From an uncultured bacterium (GTDB lineage: Bacteria; SAR324; NAC60-12), in the NCBI GenBank assembly GCA_965662235.1, contig CBFIGY010000011.1:1-64000 (forward strand): 64,000 nucleotides of DNA, given 5' to 3'. The translations under genes and the position numbers were made by a program. Numbering within the stretch: the stretch's first letter is position 1; each line of letters starts with the position of its first letter. The notes beneath the pieces were generated by a model. The model searched no databases and was not told where the DNA came from. It saw only the letters and a program-made list of their open reading frames with translations. Of the stretch, positions 49,209 to 60,171 are shown in pieces.

Positions 49209-50063
49209 TCAGGGGGTGCGGTCCTTGAACTGCTCGCTCAAGAGGGCCCCGAGGGCGCTGCCAAGGTCGGTTGGCAAGAACACCTTGGTGCCTTCATTCA
49301 GGTTTCCGAGTGTGTCAAAGTAACGGACTCCCAGAGCCAACTTGGCCCCCTCTGGCCCCATCTTTTCGACAAACGTATACAGGTAGGTGGCATCCGCCTG
49401 CGCCCTCAGTTCCGTTGCACGGGCCTCGCCTTCGGCCCGCAGAATGGCAGACTGCTTGGCCCCTTCTGCCTCAAGCACCTGAGCCTGCTTGTGACCTTCT
49501 GCAGCAAGAATCGCCGCCCTTCGCTCGCGTTCGGCATTCATCTGCTTGTTCATGGAGTCCTGGACCTCATTGGGCACGAGGATTCCCTGGATCTCGACTC
49601 GGTTGGTCCGCATGCCCCACTTTTCCGAAACATCCTGCAGTTCATCCAAAATGGCGGTGTTGATGCGGTTCCGCTCAGAAATGACCTCATCCAGATTCAT
49701 CCGCCCCACCACATCCCGTAAGGTCGTGAGGGCGACATTTCCAATCGCGAGGGGGAGGTTCTCCACCTCATAAACCGCTTTGGTGGGGTCAATGATTTGC
49801 CAAAACAGGATCGCGTTCACGGTGACCGTGATGTTGTCCCGGGTGATGCAGGGCTGCGGTTCGGTGTCCAGCACCTGTTCCTGCTTCGAGATGAGGATGT
49901 AGGAGAGGCGCTTGCGCTTGGTGGCAATGCCCTGCCAGTGCCCCATGTCCTTGGGGGCTTCAATGAAGGGGAGGCGAATCCGTAACCCGGCCTGCTTGGT
50001 GGAGCTGTACTTGCCCAGGCGCTCGATGATGATGACGTGGTTTTGCGGGACCTGATAGATCAT
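49209..50063 (-). CDS. SPFH/stomatin (QmcA-like) protein
   Basis: ERLGKY, ITRDN.TV, RDVVG.M.LD, WG....RVEI and AERERRA.I..AEG motifs. Confidence 0.9.
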   Translation of the reverse strand: MIYQVPQNHVIIIERLGKYSSTKQAGLRIRLPFIEAPKDMGHWQGIATKRKRLSYILISKQEQVLDTEPQPCITRDNITVTVNAILFWQIIDPTKAVYEVENLPLAIGNVALTTLRDVVGRMNLDEVISERNRINTAILDELQDVSEKWGMRTNRVEIQGILVPNEVQDSMNKQMNAERERRAAILAAEGHKQAQVLEAEGAKQSAILRAEGEARATELRAQADATYLYTFVEKMGPEGAKLALGVRYFDTLGNLNEGTKVFLPTDLGSALGALLSEQFKDRTP

Positions 50064-50506
50064 GACTCCTCCTCCTTTGGGAATTTCTCAACCTTCAAGT
50101 GAGCCCCCTCTAGGGAGAGGACGTGAATGGGGTCGCCGGCATCCAGGGGCTCGTTGCAGACCACCGGCCAGCGGTCTCCCCGGACCTGCGCGTGAGAGGC
50201 ATCGAGCATGACGCCGGTTGCGCCAGGAAGCGCGTCCACTCCGGAACGCAGGCGAGTCGGAACCAGCCACTGCTCCAGGTACGACCCTCCTTTTGCCGCC
50301 AGTTGGTACATGACCAGGGTGCTGCCCAGCATCACAGGTAAAAAGACCAGCCCCTGAACCCACCAGGCCACTCCCAGGTGGTTCAGTCCCATGATCACGA
50401 GCAGTGCCACCCCGCTTCCGGAAAGCAGCCCCCCTGAGGGAAGGACGACATCAATGAGGATGAGCGCGCCCCCTGTGATCAGGAACGCCCAGGTGAGAAG
50501 GTCCAT
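50060..50506 (-). CDS. NfeD family protein
   Basis: N-terminal TMs and an OB fold (G.TG...V.G..W...G..L.V), paired with SPFH. Confidence 0.85.
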   Translation of the reverse strand: MDLLTWAFLITGGALILIDVVLPSGGLLSGSGVALLVIMGLNHLGVAWWVQGLVFLPVMLGSTLVMYQLAAKGGSYLEQWLVPTRLRSGVDALPGATGVMLDASHAQVRGDRWPVVCNEPLDAGDPIHVLSLEGAHLKVEKFPKEEES

Positions 50507-50976
50507 GTGGATGCGTCTGCAGGTGCCGGGGGTGCTGCCAAGGGCACGGTGACGCCTCTGTGCCGCGTGTGCCCTCTGTAACGGTTGGTCTTCCGCACCC
50601 TACTGGAGGTGCGTCGCGCTCGCAAGAAAAAAGCAGAACGCGGGCTCTCCCCTGAAGGGTGATGTGGTGCCGAGGAAGCGCATCTGCTCCTTTTTGATCA
50701 ACGTCTTGGACGGACCTGGGAAGAAAGAATCTGGCAAGAAGAACACACCTCCTCCGGTCGTCCCATCCACGTCTGGGGGATGTAGCAAAAGAGCCGGTGG
50801 GGAGCGGCTCTGTCTTGGAGAAGCCGGTCATGTGTTGAGGAAGTCGGAGCATTTGAGGAAAATTCCACGGGGGCGGTTCCCAGACTTGACTGCCAGAGTC
50901 AGACTGGTTGAATGGATGGGACGCCGGGCTCTTGATTCCGAGCCTCCTTCTGCTCAACCCGTGCCGTCGCCCTACC

Positions 50977-51636
50977 ATGGATGCTCGCCTACGTGACCTT
51001 CCGGACTGGAACTACCTGCTGCTGGAGTTTGATCAGATCTACCGTCTGGGCTCCTCCGGAGGCAGCACCATCATCCGCAGCCACCTGAGACGAGTCCGGG
51101 AAACCCTGAGGCGGGTGGTGAAGACCAATCCCTTTTACACGCCTCGGCAGCCGGAGGTCAAACCCGTCAACGCGCACTGGGGACGGGCGCTGGATCTGGC
51201 AACCTCCGGACCCTTGGCGCACCTGGCGCGGGTGCTGCCTCGGGTGGAGTCGGAGCTGGTGTGGCAGTGGGGGTATGAGCGCATTCCCAAGGAGCTCGCC
51301 AAGCGATACGCCTACTGTGAACTGCTGGGGCCGCAGGGGCCCATTCAGTCGGAGGAGTTGATTTTGGGGCTCGTGCTTTTTGCCCCCGGGACCACGTATC
51401 CGCAGCACCGTCATGAGGAAATCGAGGAAAGCTACATCTCGCTGGCAGGGGCGTGGTCGGAGAATGACGGCGCGGTTTATGCGCCGGGCTCGCTCATCCT
51501 CAATCGCTCCAACCAGCACCACCGCATCACCATTGGCACCCGCGATCCCTGCCTGCTGGCCTACGCTTGGATTGGCCCCCCCTCGCGCCTGACGAGCCAG
51601 GTCTTCCGCTTCTCACGCCTGCAGCGGATGCCCTGA
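50977..51636 (+). CDS. dddL: DMSP lyase DddL (cupin)
   Basis: PDW.YLL.EFD..YR.GS.GGS, KPV.AH.GRALD, YAYCE.LGP.GP, YPQH.H..IEESYIS.AGAWSEND, HRIT.G and CLLAYAW match Rhodobacter DddL as I recall it. Confidence 0.85.
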   Translation: MDARLRDLPDWNYLLLEFDQIYRLGSSGGSTIIRSHLRRVRETLRRVVKTNPFYTPRQPEVKPVNAHWGRALDLATSGPLAHLARVLPRVESELVWQWGYERIPKELAKRYAYCELLGPQGPIQSEELILGLVLFAPGTTYPQHRHEEIEESYISLAGAWSENDGAVYAPGSLILNRSNQHHRITIGTRDPCLLAYAWIGPPSRLTSQVFRFSRLQRMP

Positions 51637-54600
51637 CTCCACGGGCTCAGAGGAAGTCGTACGGATCGACTCCGGAGCATCATGTCGGAAGGTGAGGCCC
51701 CAGTCCTCCAGCAGGGCAAAGAACGCCGGGACGATAATCAGGGAAGCAAAGGTCGCAAACATCAACCCGAACGCCAGGCTGGCCACCAGTGGAATGAGGA
51801 ACTGGGCCTGCGTGCTGGTCTCTGAGAGCAGGGGCAGGAGTCCGGCAATGGTGGTCAGCGACGTGAGGACAATTGGCCGGAAGCGGTCCCGGACCGCCTC
51901 CTGTGCGGCCTCCAACAGAGGCACCTGGTGCCCGAGGCGTTCCTTCAGGAAGGTCACTAGGAGGATGTTGTCGTTCACGACAACCCCTGTTAGCGTTGCC
52001 ATGCCAACCAAGCTGGGCATGGTCAGTTCCAGTCCCAGCAGCAGGTGCCCAACAATCACGCCCACAAAGGCCATGGGCAAGGCCAGCAGCACGGCAAAGG
52101 GCTGCACGAGGTTCCGGAACTGAAACCCGAGAATGAGAAACACCCCCACCACGCCGATGAGGAGGTTCATCTGGAGGGAGTTTCCTGTGTCTGCCGATTC
52201 CTTGTCCTGCCCCTGAGAAACCATCTTGATGCCAGGGTACTGCTTCTTGAGCTCAGGCATGAACTTTTTCTGCACCGCGCGCATCAGCTCCTGGGCATTG
52301 GCAACCTCGGTATCCAGCGTTCCCTGCACCGTGACCGTCCGGAGGGTATTGACGCGGTGAATCCGGGCAAAGCCCCGAACCTCTTCCAGCTCAGCGACCG
52401 CCTGCAGCGGAACCAACGTTCCGTCAGGAGCCTTAATGGAGAGGGTGTAGAGGTCGTCCAGGCTGGCACGGTCCTGGGCGTCCAGTTGCGCCAGAACGCT
52501 CAGGGATTCTGAACGCAGCAGCACCTCTAGGCCCGTGTTTCCGCTCAGAGCCGCCCGGACTTCATCGGCAACCGCCTTGGCACTGATGCCAAAAATGCCT
52601 GCAGTTTCCTTCAGGTGGATGCGCAGTTCCGGCTTTCCCGGACGGAGGTCATCGGAAAGATCACGGACCCCTGCGTACCCGGAAAGGAAGGCCTGCAGAT
52701 CCAGGGACGCCTTCTTCAGCTGCTCCAACTGATTTCCCTGCAGTCGCAGGTCAATCGCCTTCCCAGCGACCCCCCGTTCCTTATCCGTGAACTTCAGGAA
52801 GACCACATCCGGAAGGTCTCCGGTCAGCTCCCGCCAGCGTTCCAGCATGTCGGGAACCGAGCCCGTCCGGACTTCTGCAGACAGCAGGTCCGCGCTGATG
52901 GTTGCCAGGTGTGGACCGCTTTCATAGGCGTCCACGTTCGTGTTGTAAAGAATGGATATATTTTGAATCAAAGGCTGCCCCTCGGGCTGCAGCGGGGTGT
53001 ACTCGGCGTCCAGTGCCTGCAGCGACTCCTCTAGCTGGGCCATGAGGGCTTCGGTCCGAGAAAGTGGCGTTCCCTGCGGCAACAGAACCCGAGCCTGAAT
53101 GATGTCGCTTTCCAGCGTTGGGAAGGCCTGGAACTTGAGCAGGCCGCTCGGCAAGGTGGCATAGGCCGCAAGGGCCAGACCGAGCACTCCGCCGATCCAG
53201 AGGTAGGGTTGGCCTGTGGTTCTCTTGACCAGCGGGACAAAAAAACGGTCCCGGATGGCCTGGAATCCGTTCTCAAAGCGGGTCTTGAGCGGACCCAGCT
53301 TCTGCTGCTGCAGTGACGGCAGCGAGTGCTTGAGGTGTGACGGTAGGATGAGGAAGGCCTCAATCAGGCTGACAGCGAGGGTGATGAGCAGGACCGCTGG
53401 GATGTAACGGAGCACGGCCCCCATGTTGCCGCTGAGGAAGGCGAGGGGCCCGACGATCATGCCGGTGGTCAGGAACGAGGAAATCACCCCCGGAAACACC
53501 TGACGGGTGCCCTCGACCGCGGCCTCTAGCGAGCTCTTTCCCTCCTTGAGTTTGGCGGCAATGTTTTCAGCAATGACGATGGAATCGTCCATCAGCAGGC
53601 CGGTGGCGACCAAAAGTCCCACCAGGGTCATCATGTTGAGCGTGTATCCCAGCGCGTCCATGGCAAACACGGCCCCTAGGAAGGAGACCGGCAGGCCCAT
53701 CGCGACCCAGAAGCTGAAACGCAGCGAGAAGAACAGCCACATGGTGAGGAAGACGAGCGCGAGTCCCTGCAGTCCGTTTTCAACAAGAATCCGGAGACGA
53801 GAGCGGATGTTGGTGGTGGTGTCTGAGCTGATTTCCAGTGCCATGCCTCGGGGAGCCAGCTGCCGCTCCCGGACCAGGTTCTCTTCGAGTGCCGCCCGGA
53901 CACGCAGGCTGTCCTGATCGTACGTTTTGGCGATGTTGAGAATGGCTGCTCGCTGACCGTTGAAGTAGGTTTTTTCTTCCGGACGGTCAAAGGCCAAGTG
54001 GATGCGGGCGAGGTCCCCAAGGCGAACCTGCCCTCCGTTTCGGCTGGAGAGGACCAGGAGGCTTTCCAGCTCACGAGGGGTTCGGCGCTGCTCGCTGAAA
54101 CGAACGATCCAGTCACCGTCCGGAGTGGCAAGGAGGCCTCCGGGAAGGTCGAGACTCTGACGGACCAGAGCGGCCTGAACGTCGCTGAGGCTCAGCTCAT
54201 GTCGTTGCAGGGCCTGCTGGGAAACCTCCACCACTAGGTTGCGTGCCGAAAAGCCACTGAGCTGCACCTGGGCAATCCGGGGATCACGCTGCAGCCGGTC
54301 CTTGACGTCAGAGGCATAGGCCAGCAATCCGGCTTCTGAGGTCGCCCCTGTGATGGCAACGCTGGCGACGCTGGCGGTCCGTTCGAGTTTGGCAACTGAG
54401 GGACGTTCAACCTTTGCGGGGAAGGACGAAATGGCTTCAATCTGCGACTTGACGTCATCATAAAACTCGCCCATGTCCGTGGATTCGGAGCGCTTGGCGG
54501 TGGCAATGGCGAGGTTTTCTCGTGCATCGCAGCGCAACTCCTGCAGTCCCGAAACGCTGTCCAGGGCTTCTTCCACCCGCTGACAGACCGATTCCTCGAC

Positions 54601-54768
54601 CTCGGCCGGGGTGGCTCCCGGATAGGGGGCACGGATCTCTACTTCTGTGGCCGGAGTGAGGGGAAAGGTGTCTCGCTGCAGACGCGGAAGGGCGTTGAGG
54701 CCCAGTGCGAGGATGGCCACCATCAGCAGGTTGGCTGCTGTGGGGTGGTCGCTGAAGTACCGGATCAT
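51613..54768 (-). CDS. RND efflux permease (AcrB family)
   Basis: 1051 aa; HPTAANLLM, GLLMDDSIV..EN, GVVVND and RFRPI.LTS.TT motifs. Confidence 0.92.
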   Translation of the reverse strand: MIRYFSDHPTAANLLMVAILALGLNALPRLQRDTFPLTPATEVEIRAPYPGATPAEVEESVCQRVEEALDSVSGLQELRCDARENLAIATAKRSESTDMGEFYDDVKSQIEAISSFPAKVERPSVAKLERTASVASVAITGATSEAGLLAYASDVKDRLQRDPRIAQVQLSGFSARNLVVEVSQQALQRHELSLSDVQAALVRQSLDLPGGLLATPDGDWIVRFSEQRRTPRELESLLVLSSRNGGQVRLGDLARIHLAFDRPEEKTYFNGQRAAILNIAKTYDQDSLRVRAALEENLVRERQLAPRGMALEISSDTTTNIRSRLRILVENGLQGLALVFLTMWLFFSLRFSFWVAMGLPVSFLGAVFAMDALGYTLNMMTLVGLLVATGLLMDDSIVIAENIAAKLKEGKSSLEAAVEGTRQVFPGVISSFLTTGMIVGPLAFLSGNMGAVLRYIPAVLLITLAVSLIEAFLILPSHLKHSLPSLQQQKLGPLKTRFENGFQAIRDRFFVPLVKRTTGQPYLWIGGVLGLALAAYATLPSGLLKFQAFPTLESDIIQARVLLPQGTPLSRTEALMAQLEESLQALDAEYTPLQPEGQPLIQNISILYNTNVDAYESGPHLATISADLLSAEVRTGSVPDMLERWRELTGDLPDVVFLKFTDKERGVAGKAIDLRLQGNQLEQLKKASLDLQAFLSGYAGVRDLSDDLRPGKPELRIHLKETAGIFGISAKAVADEVRAALSGNTGLEVLLRSESLSVLAQLDAQDRASLDDLYTLSIKAPDGTLVPLQAVAELEEVRGFARIHRVNTLRTVTVQGTLDTEVANAQELMRAVQKKFMPELKKQYPGIKMVSQGQDKESADTGNSLQMNLLIGVVGVFLILGFQFRNLVQPFAVLLALPMAFVGVIVGHLLLGLELTMPSLVGMATLTGVVVNDNILLVTFLKERLGHQVPLLEAAQEAVRDRFRPIVLTSLTTIAGLLPLLSETSTQAQFLIPLVASLAFGLMFATFASLIIVPAFFALLEDWGLTFRHDAPESIRTTSSEPVESGHPLQA

Positions 54769-56093
54769 TTCGAGCCTCCCTTACCCGTGCTTGGAGGCAC
54801 CTGACCGGTGGCTTGAGTCATCAACGCCCGCTGAGCCTTCGGGTCTTCCTGTGGAGCGAGCAGCATTCCAGGAACCGGAGTCAGGAGGTCAGAAACCACC
54901 ACCTGCTCTCCAGCCGTTACTCCCTTTTGCAGAACGGCGTAGTTTTCGTGAGTGAAGCGTACCTGGACCGGGCGCAGCTCCAGTCGGTTTTCAGCAGTGA
55001 CCACATAGACCTGGCCACCATGCACCGCAGAGCGTGGCAGAATCAGTTGCGCCTCGGCGGACTGTGCGGAAAGCTCCACCTCCACAAAGGTGTTGCGGAG
55101 CAAGGGAGGACGTTTTCCGGGGCGGGCCTGTGAAAGCGGATCGTCAATGCGGACCACCACGCCGAGGGCCTGCGTCTGCGGATCAATGACACCCGAAACC
55201 CGGTCAATCTGTGCCGGCCAGGTGACACTGTGGGTGGGCGTCCGGAGCCGAACCGTGGCCTGCAGGCTGAGCACGCCTTGGGCGGTGGAGTCCTGGTTCG
55301 TCAGGGTGATCAGGGGCCGGAGGGCACCAACGGGGAAGCGGGCCTCGACCTCCACAGCGTCCAAGGCATCCGCTGTCAGCAGCAGCTGTCCCCGGTTGGC
55401 GTACTGCATCTCGCTGACCCGGACGTCGGTGATCCGGAGGTCGAACGGCGCCTTCAGGTGGGTCCGTTCCAGGTTCAGGAGCGCTGCCTGACGCTGGGCC
55501 TCCAGCACTCCTCGCTCTGCTTGGTTGAGGTCAATGGCGTTGCGCAGGCTCTGCACCTGTGACTGCCCGTTGAGTGTGAGCCGTTCTGCGGCATCCACGG
55601 CATTCTGAGCGCCAGCGCCTTTGGCCGCGAGGTCCTTCTTGCGCTCATAGTCGGCGGTGAGCAGCGCCAGGTCCTTTTCCGCCAGAGCCAGGCTTGCTTC
55701 CGAGGTCCGGTTGCGGATGGTTGAGGCCTTCAGCTGGGCGTCAATCTGAGCCAGAGCCAGCTGGTAGTCACTTTCACCAATCCGAATGAGCTCGGTTCCG
55801 GCAGAAACCGTTTCTCCGCTTTGGGCCGTGTCTGCAAGCCAGACCACCGGGCCGGCGACCTCGGCGACCGCTTCCCAGGTTCGGCTGGCCTGCACGGTCC
55901 CGTATCCCACCAGACGTGGCTGAATGGGCACCGGACGCACCGCCAGCACCCGAACCTTGGTGGCCCGTTCTTCCGGATTGGCAGGTTGGGGTCCGCTCTG
56001 AACCTTGGGCGCCAGAAGCACCAGAGCCAGACCAATGAGCAAGGGGGGAATTCCCCAAAAACGACGTAACCAGGGACGTTGAGATGTCGGCAT
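54765..56093 (-). CDS. RND periplasmic adaptor (membrane fusion protein)
   Basis: N-terminal TM, lipoyl motif, coiled-coil hairpin, APFD and ID..T...V.V; GAGGA RBS. Confidence 0.88.
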   Translation of the reverse strand: MPTSQRPWLRRFWGIPPLLIGLALVLLAPKVQSGPQPANPEERATKVRVLAVRPVPIQPRLVGYGTVQASRTWEAVAEVAGPVVWLADTAQSGETVSAGTELIRIGESDYQLALAQIDAQLKASTIRNRTSEASLALAEKDLALLTADYERKKDLAAKGAGAQNAVDAAERLTLNGQSQVQSLRNAIDLNQAERGVLEAQRQAALLNLERTHLKAPFDLRITDVRVSEMQYANRGQLLLTADALDAVEVEARFPVGALRPLITLTNQDSTAQGVLSLQATVRLRTPTHSVTWPAQIDRVSGVIDPQTQALGVVVRIDDPLSQARPGKRPPLLRNTFVEVELSAQSAEAQLILPRSAVHGGQVYVVTAENRLELRPVQVRFTHENYAVLQKGVTAGEQVVVSDLLTPVPGMLLAPQEDPKAQRALMTQATGQVPPSTGKGGSK

Positions 56094-56119
56094 AATTTCC
56101 TCGTGGAGCAGCAATATCG

Positions 56120-56135
56120 ATTTATTAGGATAAAT
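56120..56135. promoter_or_regulatory. Palindromic operator candidate upstream of the RND pump
   Basis: ATTTAT-tagg-ATAAAT in an AT-rich patch. Confidence 0.45.
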
Positions 56136-56208
56136 AAATATAGTGAGTGGAGCTGGTCGTAAATTTACGCAGCGTCGGTAGGGGGCCCGAAAAAAGGGGG
56201 ATGGATGC

Positions 56209-57654
56209 TCAGCGTCGCTCGCTGCGGAGGATGAAACGCTGCAGGGGCGGGGGAAGCATGAGGTCGAAGCGGAGGCTGATCGAGGTCAGGAACCAGCCAA
56301 AGAGCTGCTTGAGGGCAGCAAGGTGTTCGTCTTCCAGTGCGTAGTAGAGGTGCCGTCCGATGTAGATGGCGGGGCCCTTGCGAGAGAGCGTCTTGCCCTG
56401 AATGAGGAAGCGGATGAACGGGGCCTCGACTAGGCTGTCGGAGTCGGTGTCGAAGGCCCCAACGCCCAGCTGACAGGCAACCATCCAGCCTGCTGGAAGT
56501 TCCGTTTCTCCATCTAGGCGCAGGAGTTTGGGAATCCGGAACCCGAGCATGCGGCTGTATTCCCGCTGCAGGCGTCCGCCACGTTCAAAGGGGTGAGCGC
56601 TCCAGCGTTCCGAATCCCGGAACTGGCGGTCGGCTTCACTGAGCCAGTACTGCACGACGTTCAGCAGAGCTGCTTCGAAGGAAGCCTGATACCCCAGCAA
56701 GGACCGGGTGCCATCGAGCGCCGTTTCCACATAGTCCTCAATGCGGGCCTGGAAGTGCGGGGCCGAGCAGTCATCAACAGGATTGAGGGTCCGGATCACC
56801 TGCTTGAGGGGGGAAGCGTTGCGGGCGCAGTACTCCCGGAAGGCCTGCTCCAGATTTCCTGAGAGGGGCTCCGGACGCTCTAGGTCTTCGAGGGGTGGCT
56901 CTTCGGTGTCATCAATGTCCGACTGAGCAAGGCGGAGGACGCCTTCCTTGACAAGGCGCTCCACGGTCCGGAAGTCAAGCTTGCGGAGGAGGCTGTCCCA
57001 GCGCTTCACCGGACGTCCGAGCAGCTGTCCAAGACGCATCAGGAGCCAGGCGGTGCCTTCGTCGTTTTGAGCAAGGTCGTCCAGCTTCTTGAGGAAGAAG
57101 CGGTTCTTGGCAGTGAGGTAGATGTGGTAATGCGGGGAGAAGAGGCCCTGGAGGCGTTCTGCCAGAAAGGCCCGGCGGCGGTCTTCCGGAAAGCTGGGGA
57201 TGGAGGCAAAGTGCTGCTCGAGCTTTTGCCGCTGCCTCAGCGTCTCAGAGGGCGCGTCCAGCAGCGTCTGCAGGCTGCGTTCGAGGGTGTTGCGGTAGGC
57301 GCTCAGGGCGTCAGCTTCCCGCTGCGTCCGGGCGAAGTCGAAGAGGCGGTGGATGACCGCAAGGGACTGGATGCTCTTCTGGACACTGGAACGCAGTGCG
57401 GCTTCGCCCTGTTCCGGGTCGTAGTTGGCAATGAGGCGCCGAACGGTTTCCGGGTGATAGAACTGAATGGCGTGGACGAAAGCGCGGTGCGGGTCGCTTC
57501 CGGGGTAGGGCATTTCCACCGGGTGCTCCTCCTGGAACGCTTCCCATGCCACGTCAAAGGCGTCACGGAAGGTGGACATGAGGAGCCCGGTGTCACCATT
57601 CAGGGCGCTCCGCAGGTGGGTGATGCGCTGGTTCCAAGAAGCCACACCGCTCAT
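56209..57654 (-). CDS. Hypothetical protein downstream of MoxR
   Basis: 481-aa ORF with AAGGAG RBS, 6 nt after the moxR stop; no family recognised. Confidence 0.7.
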   Translation of the reverse strand: MSGVASWNQRITHLRSALNGDTGLLMSTFRDAFDVAWEAFQEEHPVEMPYPGSDPHRAFVHAIQFYHPETVRRLIANYDPEQGEAALRSSVQKSIQSLAVIHRLFDFARTQREADALSAYRNTLERSLQTLLDAPSETLRQRQKLEQHFASIPSFPEDRRRAFLAERLQGLFSPHYHIYLTAKNRFFLKKLDDLAQNDEGTAWLLMRLGQLLGRPVKRWDSLLRKLDFRTVERLVKEGVLRLAQSDIDDTEEPPLEDLERPEPLSGNLEQAFREYCARNASPLKQVIRTLNPVDDCSAPHFQARIEDYVETALDGTRSLLGYQASFEAALLNVVQYWLSEADRQFRDSERWSAHPFERGGRLQREYSRMLGFRIPKLLRLDGETELPAGWMVACQLGVGAFDTDSDSLVEAPFIRFLIQGKTLSRKGPAIYIGRHLYYALEDEHLAALKQLFGWFLTSISLRFDLMLPPPLQRFILRSERR

Positions 57655-57660
57655 GACGCC

Positions 57661-58671
<1,011 letters not shown>

Positions 58672-58707
58672 GGTCCGAACACTCCGGGGAAAGAGGTGGC
58701 AGAAGGG

Positions 58708-60141
58708 TCAGCGTTGGGCTTGCTGCAGCAGCCGCAGGCACTTGTCCTTCCCAAATAAGTCAACAAGCAGGTGCAGGTCGGGACCCTGAACTTCTTGGGT
58801 AATGGCGGCTCGGAGGGGCATCCAGAGCGCCTTGCCCTTGATGCCGGTGTCCTTCTGGACCTGCTTTGCGAGTTGTCCCAAACGGGCGCCATCGAGCTCA
58901 GGCTCTGCTTCAAGCAGGGGGATGAAGGCCGCAAGGACCTGCTGGGCGGTCTCGTCTTCCAGCAAGGCGAGGACCTCTGGATCCGTGCTGGGGGGGCGTT
59001 CATCAAAAAAAGGCGTCAGCTGTGCTTCCAGATCCTGCAGCGTCACCAGTCGGTTCTGCACCGAAGCCACCACGCGACGCAGTTGCTCTTCCGGACGGTC
59101 GGCAAAGCGAGACGCCTGCAGAAACGGACGGGCCCGCTCAAAGAGGTCATCGGGCTCCAGCTGCTGAAGGTACTGCTGGTTCATCCAGTTGAGCTTGTCC
59201 CGGTCAAAGACGGCTCCGGACTTGTTGACGCGGCTCCAGTCAAAGCGTTCCTGCAGCTCCGAGAGGCTCAGCAGCTCCTGATCATCATCGGGACTCCAGC
59301 CGAGGAGGGCCACAAAGTTGACCAGAGCTTCGGGAAGGTACCCGTTGGCCTGGAAGTCTTCCACGGCCACAGCCCCCTGACGCTTGCTGAGCTTGGTCCG
59401 GTCGGCATTGAGGATGAGGGGAAGGTGAGCAAACTGCGGAGGCGTCCACCCTAGGTAGCGGTAGAGCAGCAGGTGCTTGGGAAAGGACGGAAGCCACTCC
59501 TCGCCCCGGACCACGTGGGTGATCTGCATGGCGTGGTCGTCGACCACCACGGCAAGGTGGTAGGTGGGAAAGCCGTCTCCCTTGATGAGCACCTGATCCT
59601 CAGTCTGCGTGGTCTCAATGGCCACCTTGCCCCGAACAAGGTCGTCTAGCACCAGCGTCTCAGGAACGTCCGGAATCTTCATGCGGATGACGTGCGGGGT
59701 TCCGGCGTCTAGGCGTTGCTGAACCTCGTCAACAGGCAGGTGCCGGCAGTGCTGATCGTAGCGCGGAGTCTCGCCTTTTTCTCGCTGTGCGGCCTTGACC
59801 TGTTCCAGCCGTTCCGGAGAGCAGAAGCAGGGGTAGGCGTCCCCTTGTTCAATCAGCTGCTGAGCGGCGGCATGGTAGCGATCCAGCCGTTCGGACTGCC
59901 GATAGGGGCCATGCTCGCCTCCGACGCCGGGGCCTTCATCTAGGTCCAGTCCCGCCCATTCCAGCATCCGAATCAGTCCTGCCTCTGCGGCTTCCACGAG
60001 CCGGTTCCGGTCGGTGTCTTCCAGCCGGAAGAGGAAGGTGCCGTGGTGGCGACGGGCATAGAGCCAGCTGAAGAGGGCGGTCCGGAGGCCTCCGATGTGG
60101 AGGTGCCCGGTGGGGCTGGGGGCAAAGCGCAGGCGAATCAT
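58708..60141 (-). CDS. gltX: Glutamate--tRNA ligase
   Basis: RFAPSPTG.LHIGG, EDTD, THVVRGEEW and KLSKR motifs; anticodon-binding domain present. Confidence 0.95.
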   Translation of the reverse strand: MIRLRFAPSPTGHLHIGGLRTALFSWLYARRHHGTFLFRLEDTDRNRLVEAAEAGLIRMLEWAGLDLDEGPGVGGEHGPYRQSERLDRYHAAAQQLIEQGDAYPCFCSPERLEQVKAAQREKGETPRYDQHCRHLPVDEVQQRLDAGTPHVIRMKIPDVPETLVLDDLVRGKVAIETTQTEDQVLIKGDGFPTYHLAVVVDDHAMQITHVVRGEEWLPSFPKHLLLYRYLGWTPPQFAHLPLILNADRTKLSKRQGAVAVEDFQANGYLPEALVNFVALLGWSPDDDQELLSLSELQERFDWSRVNKSGAVFDRDKLNWMNQQYLQQLEPDDLFERARPFLQASRFADRPEEQLRRVVASVQNRLVTLQDLEAQLTPFFDERPPSTDPEVLALLEDETAQQVLAAFIPLLEAEPELDGARLGQLAKQVQKDTGIKGKALWMPLRAAITQEVQGPDLHLLVDLFGKDKCLRLLQQAQR

Positions 60142-60171
60142 GAACGTCCGTTCGAGTGGAAGAAAAGGCGG

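Noticed and set aside
50600..50788. 62-aa minus-strand ORF in the nfeD-dddL gap
   Set aside because: Non-ATG start, no RBS and no recognisable protein features.
50620..50870. RNase P RNA (GAGGAAGTC and CAGAACGCGGGCT fragments)
   Set aside because: The motifs are inexact and in the wrong order.
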